The position numbers and the translations under genes are program-made. A stretch of 25,875 nt of DNA from an uncultured Bacteriovoracaceae bacterium. GTDB lineage: Bacteria > Bdellovibrionota > UBA1018. The stretch is taken from assembly GCA_964367865.1 (NCBI GenBank), contig CAYJBA010000001.1, positions 1,461-27,335 on the forward strand, given 5' to 3'. The notes under the pieces are model-generated. The model saw only the letters and a list, made by a program, of their open reading frames with translations. It was not told the DNA's origin and made no database searches. Positions 7,249 through 14,082 of this stretch are shown here, piece after piece; position 1 is the stretch's first letter, and each line of letters begins with the position of its first letter.

Positions 7249-7522
7249 GTTTGGAATCTCGGGCGAACATATAGTTATCCTTGCGATAGTGCTTCTCATT
7301 TTAGGTCCTCGTCGACTGCCAGAGCTTGGAAACACATTAGGCAAAGCGATAAAGAACTTCAAGGACGCAATCGGTGGAATTGAAGAGGCTAAGTTTCGCC
7401 ACGTAGAGGATACCAAGACCGCATCGGCTGACCCCAAGAGCGAAACCGGCGTAAAAACTGACTCTTCTGCATCGGACCAGTCCAGCGATTCCTCAAAGGA
7501 TAAACCCACAGACAAGGCCTGA
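7247..7522 (+). CDS. tatA: Twin-arginine translocase TatA/TatE family subunit
   Basis: [42 protein letters not shown]: transmembrane helix, GP hinge, amphipathic helix, charged tail. Confidence 0.92.
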   Translation: MFGISGEHIVILAIVLLILGPRRLPELGNTLGKAIKNFKDAIGGIEEAKFRHVEDTKTASADPKSETGVKTDSSASDQSSDSSKDKPTDKA

Positions 7523-7560
7523 GCCTTGCAAATTGCCCCCAAGCGCGGCAAATTGCTCAA

Positions 7561-8076
7561 ATGGATGCCGTAAAGACAACTCAAGGATTGACGTTTACCG
7601 AACGTTTTTCGACTTATTTTTCACGCGACGTCGCCCATCGAGCCGCTAAATCCATCGCCGACGGAGCTGAAATCGAATTCAGCGTTTGTTTATCTGCAGA
7701 CCCTAAAGTACAAACGCCAGCCATCGAAGCCTTTACATTTACTAGAGTCGAGGGTCGCAATCTGATTCGTGCTGCTCCTTCTTCGTCCGCACAGATTTTA
7801 TTTAAAATGACGCCCCAAGCTGCTGAGGCGATCCTTAATGATCCAACTGAAGAAATAGGCCAGATCGGCGTAAACATCGCCAAACTCATGATTTCACCAG
7901 ACGCCAACCGTCGAATCGGCATGAAGCTTCAAGTCGGTTTTATGAGCCTATTTTCTAAGGGGTATTTGGGCGTCTTGACGACGGGTGGCTCAGAATTCGG
8001 TTCATTTTTAGCTTCTAGAGGACTAAATGGATTAAGAGCAGTACAATCTCTTTTGAGAAAGAAAAGCGACCTATGA
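7561..8076 (+). CDS. Hypothetical protein, possible SCP2 (sterol/lipid carrier)-like fold
   Basis: First gene of a coupled operon (ATGA overlap with hpt). The fold assignment is a weak impression. Confidence 0.7.
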   Translation: MDAVKTTQGLTFTERFSTYFSRDVAHRAAKSIADGAEIEFSVCLSADPKVQTPAIEAFTFTRVEGRNLIRAAPSSSAQILFKMTPQAAEAILNDPTEEIGQIGVNIAKLMISPDANRRIGMKLQVGFMSLFSKGYLGVLTTGGSEFGSFLASRGLNGLRAVQSLLRKKSDL

Positions 8077-8606
8077 TCGACGAAAAAAATTTTACGAAAT
8101 ACCTGAGCCGTCACGAAATCGATGCAGCCGTACAAAATATTGCCCATCGATTAAACCAAGACTACGAAGGTAAACAGGTCGTTTTAGTCGGCGTATTAAA
8201 AGGTGCCATTTTATTTATCGCGGATCTCGTCCGGCATCTCAAATTTGATGCTGAAATCGAATTTGTTAGACTCTCCAGTTACGGAAAAGCCAGGACTTCG
8301 ACCGGAACCGTGACAATCCTAAAAGACATCGGCGCGGATATTCGCGGAAAGCACGTCTTAATCATCGAAGAAATTATCGACAGCGGACGGACTCTAAGAT
8401 TTTTATATGACCGTTTGCTCTCATCGGGGCCAGCGACCGTCGAAATCGTAACCCTTCTTGATAAAACCGCAAAGCGCGTCGCGGAAGTTCCGGTGAAATA
8501 CGTGGGACGCGCCATTGATGATCAGTTTTTAGTTGGATATGGGCTTGATTTAGAAGAGCACTGCAGAAACCTTCCAGATATTTATTATCTCAAATACCCC
8601 AACTGA
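8073..8606 (+). CDS. hpt: Hypoxanthine phosphoribosyltransferase
   Basis: VLVGVLKGAILFIADL, RLSSYG, PRPP loop IIEEIIDSGRTL, FLVGYGLD. Confidence 0.95.
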   Translation: MIDEKNFTKYLSRHEIDAAVQNIAHRLNQDYEGKQVVLVGVLKGAILFIADLVRHLKFDAEIEFVRLSSYGKARTSTGTVTILKDIGADIRGKHVLIIEEIIDSGRTLRFLYDRLLSSGPATVEIVTLLDKTAKRVAEVPVKYVGRAIDDQFLVGYGLDLEEHCRNLPDIYYLKYPN

Positions 8607-8618
8607 GGAACCGCAACC

Positions 8619-9341
8619 ATGATGCAATCACGAGTTCTCGAAGGAAAGGTCGCCATTATCACCGGCGGAGGCCGAGGAATAGGAGCCGCGACAGCGAAGC
8701 TTTTTGCCAGCGAAGGCGCAAGAGTTGTCGTTGCTAGCCGAACTTCATCAGAAATCGACGAGGTTGTCCAACACATCGGCCTTCCCAGTGTGATTGCAAT
8801 GCCGACCGATGTCAGTGATGAAAGCCAAGTTCATCGGTTATTCGAAGAAGCAGAACACATTTTTGGCCCAGTCAATATTTTGGTTAATAATGCTGCTATC
8901 GCGCCCACAAAAGAGTTCATATACCTGGATGCCTCGGAGTGGGACCAAGTGATGAACGTCAATTTACGAGGCTCCTTTTTGTGTGCCCGCGAAGCTTTTC
9001 GAAGAATGTCGAAAAAAAAGGGCGGCGCAATTGTCAACATCAGCTCACTGGGAGGAATTAAAGGAACTCAAAAATTTAAGGGTTTTTGTGCCTACTCTGT
9101 GAGTAAATCCGCAATCGTCGGATTAACCGAGTGCCTTGCGGTCGAAGGCCGTGAATACGGAATTCGTGTGAACTGCGTAGCCCCAGGCGCTGTCGATACT
9201 AAAATGCTTAAAACAGCAGCGCCGTTTCTTAAAACTGAGACCCTTCCGATTGACATCGCTAAAGCAATATTACTTTTCAGCGACGATCACCAATCTAAAG
9301 CCGTTTCTGGTGCTGTGCTTGAAATCCACAGCAACCTTTGA
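8619..9341 (+). CDS. Classical short-chain dehydrogenase/reductase (SDR); candidate sepiapterin/pterin reductase
   Basis: TGGGRGIG, NNAA, catalytic S and YSVSK, RVNCVAPGAVDT. The substrate is inferred from adjacency to PTPS. Confidence 0.9.
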   Translation: MMQSRVLEGKVAIITGGGRGIGAATAKLFASEGARVVVASRTSSEIDEVVQHIGLPSVIAMPTDVSDESQVHRLFEEAEHIFGPVNILVNNAAIAPTKEFIYLDASEWDQVMNVNLRGSFLCAREAFRRMSKKKGGAIVNISSLGGIKGTQKFKGFCAYSVSKSAIVGLTECLAVEGREYGIRVNCVAPGAVDTKMLKTAAPFLKTETLPIDIAKAILLFSDDHQSKAVSGAVLEIHSNL

Positions 9342-9350
9342 GAAATTAAA

Positions 9351-9764
9351 ATGCCGATTGCGTACTTATCTCGCCGTACAACCTTTTGCGCTTCGCATCG
9401 ACTCCATTCGGACTCACTTTCAGCGAGTGAAAATCTGAAAATATTTGGAAAGTGTAATTCTGCGAACGGGCATGGACATAATTACGAGCTCGAAGTCACA
9501 GTCCGAGGTGAGATTGATTCTAAATCCGGCATGATCATGAATCTCACTGAACTTAAGAGTGTCATTGAAAGCGCAATTTTGGCAGAAGTGGATCACAAGC
9601 ATATTAACCTCGACTGTCCGTCGTTTCGTGGAATCAATCCCACTGCTGAAAATATCGCTTTCGTATTTTGGAACCTCCTTTTACCCAAGCTTCCAAAAGG
9701 GGCCCTCTACGAAGTTCGTATTAGAGAAACAGAAAATAACGTCGCCTATTTTAGGGGCGAATAA
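9351..9764 (+). CDS. 6-pyruvoyl-tetrahydropterin synthase / QueD family protein with PTPS-II-type motif
   Basis: FCASHRL, FGKCNSANGHGHNY (C-X5-HGH), PTAENIA, RETENNVAYFRGE. Confidence 0.93.
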   Translation: MPIAYLSRRTTFCASHRLHSDSLSASENLKIFGKCNSANGHGHNYELEVTVRGEIDSKSGMIMNLTELKSVIESAILAEVDHKHINLDCPSFRGINPTAENIAFVFWNLLLPKLPKGALYEVRIRETENNVAYFRGE

Positions 9765-9895
9765 TGGGCGCCGCTTTAGGGCTCCTGATCAAAATCGGCG
9801 TAGCGATGTATTTTTTTGTAATTGTGGTTTCGTTTCTGACGGGTATCGTTCGCGGCCACGATCAAAAACCTAAGAAGAAACCACGGTCCAGGTAG
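9764..9895 (+). CDS. 43-aa single-pass membrane microprotein MGAALGLLIKIGVAMYFFVIVVSFLTGIVRGHDQKPKKKPRSR
   Basis: ATG overlaps the PTPS stop (TAATG); one hydrophobic helix plus a basic tail. Below the ORF-track size cut-off. Confidence 0.65.
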   Translation: MGAALGLLIKIGVAMYFFVIVVSFLTGIVRGHDQKPKKKPRSR

Positions 9896-10015
9896 CTCTC
9901 TCATAGTTTCAAATAAACATTCTCTGAAGAACAAGCATCCTGCTTTTCCGCGCTTGTGTCGCATCCATGCGACGCGCGAATCTTCAGAGAATGTTCATTT
10001 GAAACTATGAGAGAG
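9896..10015. repeat. 120-bp element bounded by 35-bp inverted repeats
   Basis: 9896-9930 and 9981-10015 are complementary at 34 of 35 positions; the 50-nt core has internal hairpins. Confidence 0.95.
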
Positions 10016-10122
10016 GGAGCAGGCGAAGCAGGAGCTGCACCCTTAAAGAAGCTGGAACCAATTAGCACGGATAGAGAAATAGAGGTCCTGAGCTACAAGC
10101 TCCTACCCGGAGTGCGAACTTC

Positions 10123-10698
10123 TTACTCGATTTCATCACGACCATTGAGACGTTCGCGAGAAGCTTCAGCGGTTTGGACGCGCTCAACTTCCATACGAAT
10201 ATGAGCTTCGTCCTTGCGAATGAGCTTAGACATTGTTTTGCCTGACGCATCTAAAATGCTCACATTATTGTAAGCATCCAATTCCAGCCGATTTTTGAGG
10301 CGCATCCCTTCGGCATCTTGAATGCCACTACATACAGACGCTGTTCTGCAGTTTGCATCAGTGAGCAGTGAGGCCTGAGATGCGGAGTCCGATTTTTCAC
10401 GAACCACGGAGACCATTAAGAGTCCTCTTGCGCGATCTTTGTCACTCGAATAAATGATTTGAATTGAACCATCGTCCTGTACTTGCAAAACGGTTTCTTC
10501 GTTTACAAAAACGCCGGCAAAGGTTCCTACAGATACAGGGGGCTTTTGAATTTTAGATCCTTCGAGTCCAGGCTGTTTTCCAGGAACAAAATAACCTGGG
10601 GGATATTTCATTTGAGGTGCGCAAGCGATTACACCGGTCGCAACGGCCAATACCGTTAATGACGAAAAACTTAATTTCGATAAATTTTGGAACTTCAT
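10123..10698 (-). CDS. Hypothetical lipoprotein
   Basis: Signal peptide ending in lipobox VIA-C; GAGGG SD upstream. Confidence 0.8.
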   Translation of the reverse strand: MKFQNLSKLSFSSLTVLAVATGVIACAPQMKYPPGYFVPGKQPGLEGSKIQKPPVSVGTFAGVFVNEETVLQVQDDGSIQIIYSSDKDRARGLLMVSVVREKSDSASQASLLTDANCRTASVCSGIQDAEGMRLKNRLELDAYNNVSILDASGKTMSKLIRKDEAHIRMEVERVQTAEASRERLNGRDEIE

Positions 10699-10775
10699 TT
10701 TTCAAACCCTCAAAAAAATTAGCTCTCTTTCCGATTTTCCAGGTAGAGAAACCGACGGAGCGGACGCAACCTCTC

Positions 10776-10800
10776 ATTGTTGACTTTTTTAGTCAATTAA
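10776..10800. promoter_or_regulatory. Palindromic operator-like site TTGACT-N5-AGTCAA
   Basis: Perfect 6-5-6 inverted repeat in the divergent intergenic region. Confidence 0.5.
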
Positions 10801-10916
10801 ATTTTATCACTGAGCCCTGTTCTTATTCCCGTAATAAAATTCTAGACTTGCCCAATCACCCAATGTCAGCAAAACTAGAAACTATATAAAAACCTAATTT
10901 GAGGGAGCGCTACGTT

Positions 10917-11327
10917 ATGAAACGCATCAACTTTAAGGCGGTATTGGTTGTAGTTTTATTTCAACAATTGCTTGGCTTTATCTGGTACTCGCCAGCGCTT
11001 TTTGGAAATCCTTGGCTTATTGCCCGTGGAAAAAATCCGGCTTTTTTTGTCCCCACAACTTACTATTGGCCCTTTGTATTTGCTGCTGTTAGTTCCTTTT
11101 TATTCGCATGCGTTGTGTCCGTAGCCTTGGATCGGGCAAAAGTAAAAACCTTTAAAAAGGGCGTTAAAGTGGGAGGGATGCTCTGGTCCGCCTTTATTTT
11201 TCCTGTCATCTTGACCAACTATAGTTTTTTGGGTCTCTCACGGGAACTTAAGCTGATCGATGGCGGAATGCTTTTGATTTCCTATGCTGTGGGCGCGGGT
11301 ATCATTGGAGCGTGGAAAAAGAAGTAA
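10917..11327 (+). CDS. DUF1761-family membrane protein
   Basis: LGFIWYSPALFGNPW signature, four hydrophobic segments, SD GAGGGAG at 10901-10907. Confidence 0.8.
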   Translation: MKRINFKAVLVVVLFQQLLGFIWYSPALFGNPWLIARGKNPAFFVPTTYYWPFVFAAVSSFLFACVVSVALDRAKVKTFKKGVKVGGMLWSAFIFPVILTNYSFLGLSRELKLIDGGMLLISYAVGAGIIGAWKKK

Positions 11328-11343
11328 TCTAGGTCTTACTGAC

Positions 11344-12366
11344 CTAGATCCCGTCCGGCTGCGATGGACGACTCATCAAAAAATCCAGCACCTCGGCCGC
11401 GGGTCGCCCCTCCACAGTGAGGCGATAGACGCCTTCAGTAATGGGCATATAGATTCCGCGCTGTTTAGCATGATTCCAAACAATCTGCGTTGTCCGTACC
11501 CCTTCGGCAACACCCCCTAGCGTGTGAAGAACTTCGGAGAGCTTTTTTCCCGCCGCAAGCTGCTGACCCACACGGTAGTTTCGACTGAGTGGACTGCTAC
11601 AAGTTGCAAGAAGGTCACCCATTCCTGCGAGCCCTAAAAATGTTTCGAGCTTCGCTCCCATCGCCGTGCCAAAACGTACGATCTCCGCAAGCCCACGCGT
11701 GATCACCATGGATCGGGTGTTCCACCCCAGCTTAAGAGCATCTACAGTCCCCGAAGCAATAGCCAAAATATTTTTAAGGGCGCCCGCCCATTCGACGCCA
11801 ACCATATCGTTAGAGCTATAGATCCTAAAACGATCCGTAGTAAAAAGCGCAATACCGGCGTCAATGACCTCTTGAAAAGATGAGGCGACTACCGTTGCAG
11901 CAGGCTCACCTCTGGATACTTCGTGCGCAAGATTAGGACCGCTAATGACTCCAATTCTCGGGCAAGGCAACTCTTCGGCTAACATCTGAGAAACCCGCTT
12001 CATTGAAACTTCTTCGATTCCTTTTGTCGCATGAAGCACGATCTCTTCGCCTTTGAAAAAGCCTGCCATCTTTTTACTCTCAATCCGACAGGCACCTGAC
12101 GGTAGGGCCCAAATCACCGCGTGAATTCCCTGGTCAAACGCTTTTTCTAGACTCGTAGTCGCGTGAATCCGATCACTTAAAACCAACTCAGGTAGATATT
12201 TTATATTTACGCGTGCAGCATTAATGGATTTAACCTGCTCCTCATCTCTGAGCCAAAGACGGATGTCAGGGCAGTTTTTCGCTGCAACGTTAGCCAGGAC
12301 CGTCCCCCAGCTCCCTCCACCCATCACCGCAATTCGCGAATTACGCCAAAAATCCTTTTGCATCAT
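11344..12366 (-). CDS. gpsA: NAD(P)H-dependent glycerol-3-phosphate dehydrogenase
   Basis: GGGSWGT, ATKGIE, SGPNLAHEV, GALKNILAIASG, GLAGMGDLLATCSSPLSRNY, AEGVRT. Confidence 0.96.
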   Translation of the reverse strand: MMQKDFWRNSRIAVMGGGSWGTVLANVAAKNCPDIRLWLRDEEQVKSINAARVNIKYLPELVLSDRIHATTSLEKAFDQGIHAVIWALPSGACRIESKKMAGFFKGEEIVLHATKGIEEVSMKRVSQMLAEELPCPRIGVISGPNLAHEVSRGEPAATVVASSFQEVIDAGIALFTTDRFRIYSSNDMVGVEWAGALKNILAIASGTVDALKLGWNTRSMVITRGLAEIVRFGTAMGAKLETFLGLAGMGDLLATCSSPLSRNYRVGQQLAAGKKLSEVLHTLGGVAEGVRTTQIVWNHAKQRGIYMPITEGVYRLTVEGRPAAEVLDFLMSRPSQPDGI

Positions 12367-14071
12367 ATTGTCCTGGTTGAACTGAAGCCGCACCCGCTTT
12401 TGCGAGAAGCGATAAACCATAACCTGAAAGCCGATTTCGATAGTAATAAAGAAGAGTCATATCCTGCGTCCAAATCGCACCTTCCTCTACTTTAACGACA
12501 GCCGCGTCATGTAAAAGGCCTAAATGCCTTACCCCATCCGCGACCCAAGCGCGCGTATCCGTAGTTTTAAGCTCTTCACAAATAAAGAGCTGACCTTGAT
12601 CCGCGAGCTCTCTCACGCGCTTATGAAACTGCTCCGCCTCAGCAAGAAACTCCTCTAACGGCATCGAACGCTGAGCCGTGGATAATCTCATAAATCGATA
12701 GAGGTCCGAATCAGGATACTTTTTTCTCAAGGTCTCAAAAAAACTAAATGCAACCAGATGAGATGTGAGAACGGTGTTTTCTCGAAAATACCGTGATGCA
12801 ATTCTGGACCCCAAAAGTTTTGTGTACTCCGCATCGCGTTGGGGTTCGTGCCTGAGCGCTCCGCGAGTAGTGCACCATTTTGCAGGATCAATCATCGTTC
12901 CGTTTGGCCCTATGGATCGCCCCTCATCGTCTACAAAGTTTCCAAACACATCGAGGGGCCTTCCGATGCGACACGTGACTCCCGTTTGAGAGGACATAAA
13001 TTTCCAGAAAAAATTGATGATCTTTAAAACCTGCCAGGACTCATCATCTTCCAAAATAAATCGGTGCTTACCCGCGTCCATGAGAAATTCTTCAATCAGC
13101 GAACTGGCTTCGAGAACATAGTGATAACTCACGACCATAGGGACTACGTAAATGTTGGGCTTAGGGCTTCCGGCGATCATACTCTCAATTTGGGCCTCAA
13201 GGGCGGTGCCGAGGAGTCCGAGCTTTAAACGACTTTCTAGGGCCCCGGTGCGGGAGCGTCCCCCTCCGGGGAAAAAAATCGAATGAACACCCTCTTTAAG
13301 AATTCTAGTGCTGTAATTTTTGAGCGTCGCTTTATAAATTGAATCCGTCTTTTTTCGATCAACCGTGTAACTTCCGAGCCGACTCATAAAAAAACTCAAA
13401 ATGGGATTAGAAAAAAGATTTAGGCCGGCCCCATAAGCAAAGGGAGGAAGTTCCATCAACGCAATAATGTAACCAATGAGCACAGAGTCCAAATTGGATT
13501 GATGGGTTGGCACCAAAAGAAGTGTTCCTTTTTTCGCAAGTTTCTGAACATGTGAGACTTCGCCTAAAATTGACATGCGGGATTCTAACGACTCCGTCAT
13601 TCCCCAAGGCAAAAAACGTTTGACGCTTGCTGCATTGAGAAGCCAGCTCAACATCCAAGGCACCATATCCGTCGAAATTTTATAAATTTTGGGATCGAAA
13701 TGTCCGCCGATCTCCTCGGCGTAATGACTTACTGACTGCTGAAGCAACGCACGCCGATCCACTTCTGCAACGGATTTAAGAAGGCCGCCCTGAATGCCGC
13801 TCCAGATTTTACGATCGCGATTGAGCCGCGATCGGGTAAAGAGATTGCCGCGATCACGCCTTAAGCGTGCGCGTTCAGAATACAGTGCCTCAGCTAAAAG
13901 AACATCTGCATTTGATTTCGAAAAATCCTGAAGCGTTTTACTCACAACATCATTTAATAAGCGGGGCCTTTTGGCATCAAAATCAGTGAGCGGGCCTTCG
14001 ATCATTTTAAGTTTTTTGAATCGAATTGCGGGATGACTTCCGCCTGTGTGTTGTGTCTGGTCGATACTCAT
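12341..14071 (-). CDS. plsB: Glycerol-3-phosphate acyltransferase, PlsB-like
   Basis: PTHQSNLDS (HX4D), FAYGAGLNL, FFPGGGRSRTG; directly upstream of gpsA. Confidence 0.8.
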   Translation of the reverse strand: MSIDQTQHTGGSHPAIRFKKLKMIEGPLTDFDAKRPRLLNDVVSKTLQDFSKSNADVLLAEALYSERARLRRDRGNLFTRSRLNRDRKIWSGIQGGLLKSVAEVDRRALLQQSVSHYAEEIGGHFDPKIYKISTDMVPWMLSWLLNAASVKRFLPWGMTESLESRMSILGEVSHVQKLAKKGTLLLVPTHQSNLDSVLIGYIIALMELPPFAYGAGLNLFSNPILSFFMSRLGSYTVDRKKTDSIYKATLKNYSTRILKEGVHSIFFPGGGRSRTGALESRLKLGLLGTALEAQIESMIAGSPKPNIYVVPMVVSYHYVLEASSLIEEFLMDAGKHRFILEDDESWQVLKIINFFWKFMSSQTGVTCRIGRPLDVFGNFVDDEGRSIGPNGTMIDPAKWCTTRGALRHEPQRDAEYTKLLGSRIASRYFRENTVLTSHLVAFSFFETLRKKYPDSDLYRFMRLSTAQRSMPLEEFLAEAEQFHKRVRELADQGQLFICEELKTTDTRAWVADGVRHLGLLHDAAVVKVEEGAIWTQDMTLLYYYRNRLSGYGLSLLAKAGAASVQPGQYDAKGFLA

Positions 14072-14082
14072 CTCATATGGCC

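Noticed and set aside
7249-7584. 112-aa N-terminal extension of the methyltransferase ORF
   Set aside because: It is the antisense shadow of tatA; the signal peptide starts at 7248.
9351-9764. Assigning the symbol queD
   Set aside because: The motif is C-X5-HGH (PTPS-II type), and no queC, queE, queF or tgt genes are nearby.
9903-10008. GTTTCAAAT / ATTTGAAAC resembling CRISPR repeat ends
   Set aside because: Only two inverted copies, with no direct repeat-spacer array and no cas genes.
9896-10015. Integron attC site or bona fide retron
   Set aside because: No RYYYAAC/GTTRRRY boxes, and no integrase or reverse transcriptase in the window.
10009-10025. Similarity of the purine tracts after the two large hairpins (GAGGGAGCAGG versus GAGGGGAGGAGCAAGG near 25116-25131)
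   Set aside because: Too short and low in complexity to support a shared repeat family without a genome search.
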